Assembly (NCBI GenBank): GCA_965224485.1
Contig: CBDCZH010000013.1
Span: 1 to 64,000 of the forward strand
Direction of reading: 5' to 3'
DNA: 64,000 nt
Source of the DNA: Arcobacteraceae bacterium
GTDB lineage: Bacteria; Campylobacterota; Campylobacteria; Campylobacterales; Arcobacteraceae
Below the pieces are notes generated by a model that worked only from the letters and a program-made list of their open reading frames with translations, did not search any database and was not told the DNA's origin. The translations under genes were made by a program, and so were the position numbers. Of the stretch, positions 41,852 to 52,436 are shown one piece after another; position 1 is the stretch's first letter; every line of letters starts with the position of its first letter.

Positions 41852-43520
41852 TTTTAATATTAAAAAAGAAATTAGGAGTATTATTCCTTATTTTCTGTTT
41901 TTCTATTTTTGTTTTGGGATACACCTCTATCCAAATAAGTGAAAATTCTAAAAGAAAAACTAAAAATTGTACATGATAAATCTCAGAGTAGTTCTTCTTC
42001 TTACAAGATGAGGTGATATCTCCTTTATATGAATCTAAGAGAAACAACACAATCTTTAGTTATGGCACCTAATAAAAAACTTAGAGTTGTTATTGAAGAA
42101 GAATTAAAAAGTGTAAGTAAGAAACTAGATAAGTCATTTTTATTAATAAAAAAGAATCATTCTAAGATATATAAATTATGGTTAGAGTATAAAATTTTAA
42201 TACAAAACTACTAAACAGAGTATTTAAATGAAGATTTTGAAGAAGGTGCTTATGTCAACGTTACAACAAGTAAGTAAGGAATCATTTTGACTTATTAGTT
42301 AAAAATCTTTTAAGTATACAAAGCAAATCTTTAAATGACGCTAAAACTGCTTATGTGAAATGCAGTTGATGAAGCAAAAGAATTAAAGATAGAGATTATA
42401 ATATATCTAATTTTGATACTATTAATATCTATTGTTATTGGTTGGTTAGTATCAAGTAATATTCTTAAAATCTATTAATACTAGTGCAAGAAGGATTGAA
42501 GTGATTTTTTTACTTATTTAAATCATAAAAAAAATAGGGCTAATAAAATTATTATAAATTCAAAAGATGAGTTTTCACAAATGGCTGAAATTATAAATCT
42601 AAATGTACAAACAATTCAAAATAATATAGAAAAAAATGAAGATTTAATTAAAGATGCAACAAATGTTTTAGAAAGTATTAAAAGTGGAAACTTAGGTTCA
42701 CGTTTAAGTAAAGATGCTAATAGTGAAACTTTAAATGAGTTAAAATTTATGATGAATGATATGTTAGATAATTTAGAAGATAAAATAGAAGATGAAATAA
42801 ACCAAAAACTAGAACAAGAACAAATTCTAATTCAGCAATCAAAACTAGCTTCAATGGGCGAAATGATAGGTAATATTGCCCATCAATGGAGACAGCCATT
42901 AGCAGAGATTTCAGCAATTCATATGAATATGAAGGTGAAATATGATTTTAATGATTTTAGTAAAGCAGTATTTAGATAAAAAAATAAAAGAAGCTAGCAA
43001 ACTAAGTTCTTATATGTCCCAAACTATTTCTGATTTCCAGAATTTCTTTCAATCCCCAAGGTGAAGAAAGAACTTTTTAGCATAAAAAAAGCTTGTGAAG
43101 ACTCTTTTTTTATTGTTGAATCATCTTTAAAATATCATAATATTAAAACAACTTTTACTGTTTTAAAAGATACCCAGATATATGGTTTTAAAAATGAATA
43201 TTCTCAAGTTATATTAAATATTTTAAGTAATGCAAAAGATATTTTTTTAGAGCGCAAAATAAAAAACCCATCTATTCTCCTTGAGATAAAAGATGGAGAT
43301 AAAGTTTGTAATTGTAAAAATATCTGATAATGCAGGTGGAATAAAAGAAGAAATTTTAAATAAAATATTTGAACCATACTTTACAACTAGACATAAAACA
43401 CAAGGAACAGGAATTGGTCTTTATATGTCAAAAAATATTATTGAAAGAAATATGAAAGGTTTTATAAATGTTAAGAATTTAAAACATGGAGCTTGTTTTA
43501 CTATAAAAGTATTAAAGTAA
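41835..43520 (+). pseudogene. Membrane sensor histidine kinase (periplasmic domain, HAMP-like linkers), many indels
   Basis: IAHQWRQPL H-box, [27 protein letters not shown]; two hydrophobic segments upstream. Confidence 0.85.
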
Positions 43521-43611
43521 ATTGAATATTAAATATTAAATATAGTTTGTATTATCTTTTTCTAAATAGAAATAGGATAAAATATGATAGTTATTATTAA
43601 GAGGAGTTATT

Positions 43612-44094
43612 TTGTTAGATAAAGTTTTAAAATATGTTTTTCATATATCTAAACAACCTGTTTTATTAAAGGATTTATTAGTTGCTAATAATCAATTTAA
43701 TGAAAGACTTCAAGTTGATAATATTAAATTAGGTTATCGTCTTAAAATTGGACGTGCATATTTAGTATATATATGTTTAGTCTCAATTCTAGCCGTTCCT
43801 CTTGCTTTTATAAGTCATAAGATTTTTGCAAATATTGATTCTCATGCTTCAATAATTGCAGCTGTTTTTTTTACAGCTGTTATTTTTATCTGGTTTAATT
43901 TTTTTAGAATTTATTTAAAAGATAAAATGGCTGAAAAAAGAATTAGAGGTTCATGGAAAAATCATTTTATATATTTTTCTTATGATGAATATAGATATAA
44001 AATAGAAGAAATCTTTCATAAAGCTATGAAAGCAGAAATTCAAAAAAAAGATTTACAAAAATATATCTTAGATAATCTTTTAGAAGAAGCGTAA
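43612..44094 (+). CDS. Hypothetical membrane protein (two TM segments)
   Basis: GAGGAG SD, TTG start, two hydrophobic stretches. Confidence 0.8.
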   Translation: MLDKVLKYVFHISKQPVLLKDLLVANNQFNERLQVDNIKLGYRLKIGRAYLVYICLVSILAVPLAFISHKIFANIDSHASIIAAVFFTAVIFIWFNFFRIYLKDKMAEKRIRGSWKNHFIYFSYDEYRYKIEEIFHKAMKAEIQKKDLQKYILDNLLEEA

Positions 44095-44098
44095 ACGC

Positions 44099-44857
44099 TT
44101 AACTAAAAGGTTTATCATAAATTGCTCTTGCATCTTTATTTCTTTGTTGTTTTAATTCCATATCAATATATTTAGCTTCAATTTCAAGTTTTCTCTTAAA
44201 AGCTAAGGTTTGTTTTTTCTTTATAGGTCGTATTTCATAAATATAAAAACCAGATTTGTACAAAGACAATCTTACATTAGTAGCTACACTATAAGTACTT
44301 AAAATCACATCTTCTTTGCAAGCTTTATAAATATCTTCAAAATATTCTACACTCCAAAGTTCTGTATTAACATCAGATGAAAATGCATCTTGATAAACTA
44401 TATCCATATCTTTTAAATTTTTTATATACTCTCTTGCATCTCCTATAAAAAGTTCAATTTTTATATTTTCATCTTCATACTTTCTTGTTTTATAAAGTGA
44501 GTTTATTATATGTTTAATGCAATCAAATTCTTTTGGATATATAAAAGTATTAAGAGTTTTAATTAAGTCTTCATCTAATTCAGGAGAATAAAAATGAAGT
44601 TTAATTTTTAAATTTTGTTTTAAAACATAATAAATAGTGCTAAAAGTGTTGTAGCCAAGACCAAAACAAATATCAAGAATATTTAATATTTTTTTGTTTT
44701 GATGATATTGTAAGCATGGAATTACATGTTTAGTAAGAGCTTCTTGTATCGCTCCTGTATCAATATCATGAAAATATTGTTGATATTTTTTAGAATATAA
44801 AGTATTGCTTCCATCTTTTGTTTTAATTAATTCAAGCACTAAAGTCCGTTTCCCCAC
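44099..44857 (-). CDS. mnmD: MnmC N-terminal-like (MnmD) tRNA methyltransferase
   Basis: TKDGSNTLYS, LDICFGLGYN, IGDAR, YQDAFS...N.ELW. Confidence 0.85.
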   Translation of the reverse strand: MGKRTLVLELIKTKDGSNTLYSKKYQQYFHDIDTGAIQEALTKHVIPCLQYHQNKKILNILDICFGLGYNTFSTIYYVLKQNLKIKLHFYSPELDEDLIKTLNTFIYPKEFDCIKHIINSLYKTRKYEDENIKIELFIGDAREYIKNLKDMDIVYQDAFSSDVNTELWSVEYFEDIYKACKEDVILSTYSVATNVRLSLYKSGFYIYEIRPIKKKQTLAFKRKLEIEAKYIDMELKQQRNKDARAIYDKPFS

Positions 44858-45291
44858 ATATGAAGTTTTTTAGCAGTTATTATTATATATTCATCAAAAA
44901 TATCTATATCATTTATAGCTTGAAAAAAAGACTTATCTAATAATTCTTTTATCTCAGGAAGTTCATTATTTGATTTTTTTGAAAGTATTATTATATTACC
45001 TGAGTTTTCTAAGGCTTGGTAATACATTTTTAATAAAGGTTCTTTGTTATCAAGAGTGTTTAAAATATCTCCTAAAATGATATATTTAAACTCTCTTGGA
45101 GAAAGTCTTAGTCTTAAATCTTTTTTATCTTTAAAATCTCTTAAATCTTTAAAAAATAACTTTCCTTCATTTTTTTTAATTACATCTTCTATTAGAGTAT
45201 TTAAAAAATCAACTTCGTTATTGATATGAAGAATATTTAAGCAAGGAATATTTTCAAATAAAGATGAAAAAAGACCTAAGGCTCTCTTCAC
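44839..45291 (-). CDS. Hypothetical protein, possibly a degenerate methyltransferase fold
   Basis: ORF coupled to luxS and mnmD; Y.ALENSGNIII and C-terminal AKKLHMWG. Confidence 0.65.
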   Translation of the reverse strand: MKRALGLFSSLFENIPCLNILHINNEVDFLNTLIEDVIKKNEGKLFFKDLRDFKDKKDLRLRLSPREFKYIILGDILNTLDNKEPLLKMYYQALENSGNIIILSKKSNNELPEIKELLDKSFFQAINDIDIFDEYIIITAKKLHMWGNGL

Positions 45292-45806
45292 TAGATTCCT
45301 AGTTCTTTCATTTTGTCTTCTGATAAAAATAGATCATCATTTGACATAGTTCCAATAGTACTTGCTAAAATATCATTTGCTATATCTTTTGCTTCAGGCA
45401 AAGAGTGCATATTGCAAGTACCACATTGGTATAAATTAAGCTCTGGAATATCATCTTGTGATTTAACATCTAAAACATCTTGCATAGATGCCTTCCATGC
45501 TTTTGCAACAGTAGGTTCATCTGGGTTTCCTAATAAACTCATATAAAATCCAGTTCTACAGCCCATTGGTGATACATCAATAATCTCAACACTAGAAGAG
45601 TTTAAATGCTCTCTAATAAAACCTGCAAAAAGATGCTCTAAGGTATGAATACCTTTTTCACTTAACATTTTTTTATTTGGTACACAAAATCTTAGGTCAA
45701 AAACAGTAATAATATCTCCTGATGGTGACTTCATTGTTTTTGCAATTCGTACAGCGGGGGCTGGCATAATTGTATGGTCAACTCTAAAACTATCTAATAA
45801 TGGCAT
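45291..45806 (-). CDS. luxS: S-ribosylhomocysteine lyase
   Basis: [31 protein letters not shown]...H. Confidence 0.98.
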   Translation of the reverse strand: MPLLDSFRVDHTIMPAPAVRIAKTMKSPSGDIITVFDLRFCVPNKKMLSEKGIHTLEHLFAGFIREHLNSSSVEIIDVSPMGCRTGFYMSLLGNPDEPTVAKAWKASMQDVLDVKSQDDIPELNLYQCGTCNMHSLPEAKDIANDILASTIGTMSNDDLFLSEDKMKELGI

Positions 45807-45965
45807 GAAAATCCTTTTATATTTATCTCTTTTACTAAAATATTTGTCCTTAAGATTAAGCATAATAGCTAGTTCTTAAAGAAGTATATACTTTTTTTTA
45901 ATTATGAGACTTATTTATTTTAAATTTTAGCTAAATTAATTTGAAGTGTTGTTGATATTTATAGT

Positions 45966-46640
45966 TTAGTTGTTGCTTTTTTTTTGTAAAAAACTTTCAT
46001 CGTAATAATTTTTTATATCTTTGAAGTTTTCTTCTTCTTTATCATAGTAAAATATTGAAGAATCTTTTAGTTCATAATACCAGCCATGTATTTTAAGTGA
46101 GTCATTTTTTACTTTTTTTTTAATTACTGGGTAGCTTAATAAATTGTCTAATTGATTTATAAGTGAGTTTTTTTCTGTTTGTTTATATAATTCTTCTTTT
46201 GTTTTGAAAATTTTATTTTCAGTATCACTTTTTGCTTTTTTACCTAGTTTTAGCCAATTTCTTATATTTTGAAATTCATTAGTATTAGGTATTGTTGTAT
46301 ATAAACTCTGTATTGCTCCACAATGTGAGTGGGCACATACTATTATATGTGAAACCTCTAAAATACTTATTGCATACTCAATAGCAGATGAAATACCGTG
46401 ATAACCCTTATCACAACTATAAGGTGGTACAAAGTTACCTATATTTCTAAGAACAAATAAATCACCAGGTTTAGAACCTAACATTAAATCAGGGGTAATT
46501 CTACTATCACAACAGCAAATAAATAAAACTTCTGGTTTCTGCCCATTTTTTATTAAGTCATCTAATTCTTCTTTGTAATCACTTAAATGGTATTTTTTGA
46601 AGACAGCATTGCCTCTTATTAGATTTTTTATTATGTCCAT
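45966..46640 (-). CDS. Beta-class carbonic anhydrase
   Basis: GQKP, CCDSR, PGDLFVLRNIGN, HSHCGA, HGWYY. Confidence 0.95.
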   Translation of the reverse strand: MDIIKNLIRGNAVFKKYHLSDYKEELDDLIKNGQKPEVLFICCCDSRITPDLMLGSKPGDLFVLRNIGNFVPPYSCDKGYHGISSAIEYAISILEVSHIIVCAHSHCGAIQSLYTTIPNTNEFQNIRNWLKLGKKAKSDTENKIFKTKEELYKQTEKNSLINQLDNLLSYPVIKKKVKNDSLKIHGWYYELKDSSIFYYDKEEENFKDIKNYYDESFLQKKSNN

Positions 46641-46673
46641 TAAATATTGTAAAATAAAAAGATGTAAGAATAA

Positions 46674-47390
46674 TCAAATAAGTAAAGTTAAGATACTTTT
46701 AACTGCAAAAATACTTAAAAATATTTTCATATAAAAAATAAGGTTAACTAAAGGCATTTTTTTTCTTATTTTTGTTCCTATATATGAGCCTAAAATTGCT
46801 CCAAAACTCATACATAACATTAAATTTAAATATTGAAAGAAAATAAAACCAAGACTTATAAAAACTATAATCTTCAAAAAATGTGTGATAGCTGAAAGTG
46901 CTGCAATATTTACAATAACTTGATTTTTCTCTTTACAGTCTCTTAAAAGTTTTGGCATACTCATAGCTCCAGTTGCGCCAACAACTAAAGACAAACCACT
47001 TTGTAAGGCACCTAAAATATAATAACTATCAAATTTTTTTAAAAAGTTATCAAACCTTTTTGACCAAAGTGATAATAAAATATAAATACCAATTAATAAA
47101 GGTATATAAGTAAAAGAGAGATATAAAAGAAAAGAGCATGAGATACTTATACCTATAAGTGAACCTAAGAAATATTGTAAAATAGCTTTATAATAGAGAT
47201 CTTTATAGCCTAAAAAGGCTCTTGATAGGTTTGAGCTTAGCTGTGTTGAGGCATGAATAGGTATTAAAATACTTGGGTTTAAAAAGTTTGGTAAAATTGC
47301 AATTAATAACATTCCTCCACCTAATCCAGTTATGGCAGTAAGAGCTGATGTTAAAATGCTTATAAGAGTTAATATAATTTCTTCTTGCAT
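46674..47390 (-). CDS. TauE/SafE (TSUP) family membrane exporter
   Basis: GLGGG, PIH...QL.SN.SR, GATG, GSYIG; multiple TM segments; start MQEE at 47390 preferred. Confidence 0.88.
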   Translation of the reverse strand: MQEEIILTLISILTSALTAITGLGGGMLLIAILPNFLNPSILIPIHASTQLSSNLSRAFLGYKDLYYKAILQYFLGSLIGISISCSFLLYLSFTYIPLLIGIYILLSLWSKRFDNFLKKFDSYYILGALQSGLSLVVGATGAMSMPKLLRDCKEKNQVIVNIAALSAITHFLKIIVFISLGFIFFQYLNLMLCMSFGAILGSYIGTKIRKKMPLVNLIFYMKIFLSIFAVKSILTLLI

Positions 47391-47423
47391 ATAAAATGAT
47401 AACAAATTTAAATGTAAGAAAAA

Positions 47424-49595
47424 TTAAATCTTAATAGAAAACTTTGCACCGTCTTTTGTATTTCGAACTAAAATCTCACCTGCCATCTTTTCTTCTATTA
47501 TAAGTTTAGTCATATATAAACCAATTCCTGTTCCATACTCATATTTAGTAGTAAAATAAGGGTCAAATATTTTGCTTATTATATCTTTACTTATTCCTCC
47601 TGCATTATCTTCTATATATAAGATTGCATCTTTTTTAAGCTCTAAATAAATAGATATCTTAGGATTTTTTATCTCTTTTTCTATTAGAATATCTTTTGCA
47701 TTTGAAATTATATTTAAGATAGCTTGCGAATATTCATTTTTAAATCCAGTAGTTTTATAGTGTTCATTTATATTTGTGTCTATCTTAATATTGTTAAAAT
47801 CTAAGGTTTTATTTAAAATATTTATGGCGTTTGAAACCGCATCATTTATTAAAAACACTTCTTTATTATTAGTTGGATTAAAAAAGTTTCTAAAATCATC
47901 AATAGTTTTTGACATATATTCTAATAAATCATTTGCTTCATTTACTCTATTAGTAAGATATTTTTTATCTAATACTTTATACTCATAAGCAGATTCTAAA
48001 TCCAAAAATAAACCAGAAACTTGTGTTAAAGGTTGTCTCCATTGGTGGGCTATATTTCCAATCATTTCTCCCATGGCTGCCATTTTAGCTTTTTGAATAA
48101 GTATTTTTTCTTGTTTTTGTTTTTCTATTTTTAATAAAGTACGCTCAGTTATATCACGTAAAGATGCAAAAAGAAGCTTTTGATTATCGTAGGTATAAAT
48201 AATTGCATTTAATTCAATTGTTCTTATTTCTTGATTTTTTGTAAATAATTTTACTGTTTTAAACAAAGAGTTTGATTTTAAAATATCATCTAAACATAAG
48301 TTATCAAATAATTGAAAAAAGTTTTGATCTAAAATCTCTTTTGAACTATAAGATATGATTTGTAACGCTGTATTATTTAAACTAAGAATACTTGAATTTT
48401 TTCCATTTATTTCAGAAATTATAAAACCATCATTACTATAATTAAAAAGCAAGGCATATTTTTCTTCATTTTCTTGTACGATCTTTCTATATCTAGTAAA
48501 TAATTTTTCTATTCTTTTAGTGAAAACTAAAGAAAAGACAAAAAATATTAGTGTAATTACTAAAATAATAAAAAAGAGTTTTCTTATTTTATTATACATA
48601 TTTGCTAATGAAATAGCTCTTTCGTTTTCCACAATATTATAAATAGAATCAAGATGTACACCAATAGCAATAAAATATCTTAAATGAGGAATAAAAGTTC
48701 CATAAAAAAGCTTTTGATTATTTTCATAAAAAATATAATTATTTGCTCTATAGTTATTTGCAATAAGTAAATCTTTCATAGCTTGAAGTTCACTATTACT
48801 AGTATTAATATGTTTTTGAATTAAAAGCTTACTTTGAGTTTTTATATTATTTAAAGAGTTTATTTTATATATAAAAATAAATTCTTCTTTTTTATAGTTT
48901 TGATTGGATATTTTATTTAAAATTTTATTTTTAAGTTCATGATTTTTACTTTCTAAAAAACTTCCTGAACCTATAATTATTCCAAGTTCTTTTAGCTGTC
49001 TTGAATAAGTGATTCTTTTATTTGGTTTATACCAAAAATAATCAATAAAATTTTGTTTATTGCTTTTTGCATTAATCATATTATTTATAAATTTAATTCC
49101 ATTTATATCTTCAAAATTCAAAAAATTTACTCCTTCATTTTTAGGGTTTGAAGTATTTAGTAAAAGATTACCTTTAGTATCTAAAATAAAATAGTTAATA
49201 TCATTTTCTTTTTGGGCTAATTGTTTAATAGAAGACTTTATTAAATTTATTTTTTTACTTTTTGAAGATTTAGAAACTTTTTTACTTAATGATTTTGCTA
49301 GGTTATAAGCAATTATTGATTGGTTTTTAATTCTATTCTTCTTATTATCGATTATTGATATTTCTTCAAATTTTATATCATTTTTAAGGTTTTTTATTGC
49401 ATATTTTATTGTATATTTTTCAATATCAATTAATGTGTTTCTAAAACTTTGTATATGTTTTTTGAAGTTATCATATTCTGTTTTTATTATAATTGAGCCA
49501 ACTATAGTTGCCACAAATAATATAATTATTGTTGAACTTAGAAGGGCAGTTTTTTTAATACCCTTTTCAATGTTTTTATCATAATTATATTTCAA
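47424..49595 (-). CDS. Cache- and PAS-domain sensor histidine kinase
   Basis: YFILD..G, D.NG..FI, DYFWYKP Cache motifs; PAS ending RDITER; HQWRQPL, DNAGGI, GTGIGL. Confidence 0.93.
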   Translation of the reverse strand: MKYNYDKNIEKGIKKTALLSSTIIILFVATIVGSIIIKTEYDNFKKHIQSFRNTLIDIEKYTIKYAIKNLKNDIKFEEISIIDNKKNRIKNQSIIAYNLAKSLSKKVSKSSKSKKINLIKSSIKQLAQKENDINYFILDTKGNLLLNTSNPKNEGVNFLNFEDINGIKFINNMINAKSNKQNFIDYFWYKPNKRITYSRQLKELGIIIGSGSFLESKNHELKNKILNKISNQNYKKEEFIFIYKINSLNNIKTQSKLLIQKHINTSNSELQAMKDLLIANNYRANNYIFYENNQKLFYGTFIPHLRYFIAIGVHLDSIYNIVENERAISLANMYNKIRKLFFIILVITLIFFVFSLVFTKRIEKLFTRYRKIVQENEEKYALLFNYSNDGFIISEINGKNSSILSLNNTALQIISYSSKEILDQNFFQLFDNLCLDDILKSNSLFKTVKLFTKNQEIRTIELNAIIYTYDNQKLLFASLRDITERTLLKIEKQKQEKILIQKAKMAAMGEMIGNIAHQWRQPLTQVSGLFLDLESAYEYKVLDKKYLTNRVNEANDLLEYMSKTIDDFRNFFNPTNNKEVFLINDAVSNAINILNKTLDFNNIKIDTNINEHYKTTGFKNEYSQAILNIISNAKDILIEKEIKNPKISIYLELKKDAILYIEDNAGGISKDIISKIFDPYFTTKYEYGTGIGLYMTKLIIEEKMAGEILVRNTKDGAKFSIKI

Positions 49596-50278
49596 GATTT
49601 TATTTCAAGATTTAATTTGTATCCCATATTTGATATGTTTTTAATACAATTAAAGGGTATTTTTTTCCTTAAAAAACCTATAGTAGTTCTTAAAGAATTA
49701 ATACTCATATATTCATTTTCCCAAACTTTTTGCTCTATTTCTTCATATAAAACTACTCTGTTTTTATTTATAACTAATAATTTTAAAAATAAAAGTTCTT
49801 TTTTATTTAAATCAATAACATTGTCTTGGAAATAAAACAAAGATGTAGATACTTTATAATAAAAAGCATCACTTAGGTTTATTGTTACATCTTTTTGCAT
49901 TTCTAAGTCATCAACTGCTTTTGTAAGAGCAGGAAGTAAGTTTCTGCTTGTTAGAGGTTTGATTATGTACTTTTCTAAGTTAAGCTCAATAGCATCTAAT
50001 AAATATTGTTTATCAGAAAAAGCACTTGAGATTATTATTTTAGTAGTATTATCTTCTTTTCTTATTTTTTTAGCAAGTGAAATACCATCAAGTTTTGGCA
50101 TTTTTATATCACTTAAGATTAAATCTGGATGATATTTTTTATATAAATTATATGCTTCTTCTCCATCACAAGCTAAATAAAGTTCATTAAACATTCTATT
50201 TAAGAATCTTGAGTTAATTAGTCTAACTCCTTCATCATCTTCTACATATAAAATAGTATAGTTTTTAAACTTTTCCAT
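49592..50278 (-). CDS. OmpR-family response regulator
   Basis: ILYVEDD, SDIKMPKLDG, KP, LRKK...GY winged helix. Confidence 0.95.
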   Translation of the reverse strand: MEKFKNYTILYVEDDEGVRLINSRFLNRMFNELYLACDGEEAYNLYKKYHPDLILSDIKMPKLDGISLAKKIRKEDNTTKIIISSAFSDKQYLLDAIELNLEKYIIKPLTSRNLLPALTKAVDDLEMQKDVTINLSDAFYYKVSTSLFYFQDNVIDLNKKELLFLKLLVINKNRVVLYEEIEQKVWENEYMSINSLRTTIGFLRKKIPFNCIKNISNMGYKLNLEIKS

Positions 50279-50307
50279 GATATTTAACCTTTGTAAAAAG
50301 AAAAAGC

Positions 50308-51822
50308 CTAAGCTTTTTCTTTTCTGATTTTAGCGTAAAATCCACTTATTACTGGTAATAATAACATTAAGATAGTAAGAAGTAAAATAGTAAAAGTTAT
50401 AGGTCTTTCCCATAAAAATGATAAAGAACCATCTGATATAGTTAAAGCACGTCTAAGATTATCTTCCATCATTCCACCTAAAATAAAACCTAAAATCATT
50501 GGTGCCATTGGAAAATCAATAATTCTTAAAAATAAGGCAACAACAGCAAACATTGTCATCATATAAATATCAAAATTATTAAATGTTACTAAATAAACTC
50601 CAATTAAAGAGAAAAATATAATTAAAGGCAATAACAATTGTTTTGGAATTGTTAATAATCTTGCAATATATGGAATTAGAGGTAGGTTTAAAACAAGTAA
50701 AACTACATTTCCTATATACATAGATATAATTACAGACCAAAAGAGTGCTGGATTATCTACATACATAGTAGGGCCTGGTTGAATTCCATAAGAAATTAAA
50801 GCTCCTAAAATAATAGCAGTAGTTCCTGAACCTGGAATTCCTAGAGTTAATAAAGGTACAAAAGAACCTGAACAAGCTGCATTATTTGCACTTTCAGGTG
50901 CTGCTAATCCTCTAATACTTCCTTTCCCAAATTTTAGTTTTTCCTTAGCACTTGCAAAACTTCTCTCCATTCCATAAGCTAAGAATGAAGCAATAGTCGC
51001 CCCAGCACCTGGTAAAACACCAACAAAGAAACCTAAAACTGAAGAACGTCCAACAGTAGGAGCCATCTCTTTTAGCTCAGCTCTTGTGATTTTTAAAGAA
51101 CCTATATCTTTTTTAAGATTATCTAATTCTTCTTTTGTTTGTTTTTTATTTTCTAAAATATTCATCATTGCTTCACTTAAAGCAAAAGCAGCCATAGCTA
51201 AAAGTAAAAATGAAATTCCATCAATTAAATCTAGTCTTCCAAAGGTAAATCTAGCAATTCCAGAATCACTATCTGTTCCAACAGTTGCTAGCATAAGACC
51301 AAAAATTGTCATAATAGCTGCTTTTAAAAACTTTCCTTTTCCTGCAAATGCAGCAACTGCGGTAAGTCCAAGAACCATTAAAGCAAAATAATCTGAACTT
51401 TGAAAAGATAGAGATACTTTTGCTAGGGCTGGTGCTGCAAAAAGTAAGAATACGGCGGCTATTGTTCCACCTGTAAAAGATGAATAAGCTGCAATTGCTA
51501 AGGCTTTTCCTGCTTGTCCATTTCTTGCCATTGGATAACCATCAAAGGAGGAGGCTACAGTTCCAGCAACTCCTGGGGCATTGATTAAAATAGAAGAAGT
51601 CGATCCTCCAAATATAGCACCATAATAAACACCTGCTATTAGAATTAAACCAGATGATGGCTCCATTCCATAAGTAATAGGAATCATTAAAGCAATAGCT
51701 GAAATAGGTCCTAATCCTGGAAGCATTCCTATAAATGTTCCTGCAAAACAACCAATTGCAACCATCATAATATTATATGAGCTTAAGGCTGTAGAAACTC
51801 CTTGTAAAATACCATCCATCAT
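50308..51822 (-). CDS. tctA: Tripartite tricarboxylate transporter permease
   Basis: GMLPGLG, YYGAIFGGS, APESANNA, LTLGIPGS. Confidence 0.96.
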   Translation of the reverse strand: MMDGILQGVSTALSSYNIMMVAIGCFAGTFIGMLPGLGPISAIALMIPITYGMEPSSGLILIAGVYYGAIFGGSTSSILINAPGVAGTVASSFDGYPMARNGQAGKALAIAAYSSFTGGTIAAVFLLFAAPALAKVSLSFQSSDYFALMVLGLTAVAAFAGKGKFLKAAIMTIFGLMLATVGTDSDSGIARFTFGRLDLIDGISFLLLAMAAFALSEAMMNILENKKQTKEELDNLKKDIGSLKITRAELKEMAPTVGRSSVLGFFVGVLPGAGATIASFLAYGMERSFASAKEKLKFGKGSIRGLAAPESANNAACSGSFVPLLTLGIPGSGTTAIILGALISYGIQPGPTMYVDNPALFWSVIISMYIGNVVLLVLNLPLIPYIARLLTIPKQLLLPLIIFFSLIGVYLVTFNNFDIYMMTMFAVVALFLRIIDFPMAPMILGFILGGMMEDNLRRALTISDGSLSFLWERPITFTILLLTILMLLLPVISGFYAKIRKEKA

Positions 51823-52304
51823 GACTGCTCTCCTGTAAAATATTCAACTATTATTCCTGGATCTATATATACGCCTAATACATTATTAAGCAATAAGTAA
51901 AAACCAACAGCAACACCTACTGATGTTAATAAAACTAGTTTTAAATTTCTCTCTTTTAATAAGAAAAACCCAATTATTAAAAATATTGTAGTTGAAATCA
52001 TAAAACCTAAAGTTCTTATAGTAAAACCGTAAAATAACATTGCTAAAACAAAATAAGTTGTTGTTTTAAAATCTAAACTCTTTATATAACTTTTGTCTAA
52101 AAATTCTCTATCTTTGTCTTTAAAAGATAGAAGAAGAATTATTAAAGAAATAACAATCCCTGAAATTCCTATATAAAATGGAAAACTAGCTGCATTCATA
52201 ATCTCATATGGACTAGCTGGCATCTTTTTAATATTAAATACATTGTAAAAATAAAAACATGAAAAAGCTAGGAAAAATAGTGCTCCTATTGCATTTTTTG
52301 TCAT
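51819..52304 (-). CDS. tctB: Tripartite tricarboxylate transporter small subunit
   Basis: About four TM segments, FP motif, position between tctC and tctA. Confidence 0.88.
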   Translation of the reverse strand: MTKNAIGALFFLAFSCFYFYNVFNIKKMPASPYEIMNAASFPFYIGISGIVISLIILLLSFKDKDREFLDKSYIKSLDFKTTTYFVLAMLFYGFTIRTLGFMISTTIFLIIGFFLLKERNLKLVLLTSVGVAVGFYLLLNNVLGVYIDPGIIVEYFTGEQS

Positions 52305-52411
52305 AATTGTGTCCTTGTTGAAGTATAAATGTCTAAAAGATAAATAATAATCTCAAAGCAAAAAATTTATATAATATTTTGCTTTGAGATAAGCAGAATT
52401 AAAATATTAAA

Positions 52412-52433
52412 AAATAGAGCCGAAGCTCTATTT
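52412..52433 (-). terminator. cUUCGg hairpin plus U tract after tctC
   Basis: Minus strand AAATAGAGC-TTCG-GCTCTATTT then further Ts. Confidence 0.75.
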
Positions 52434-52436
52434 ATC

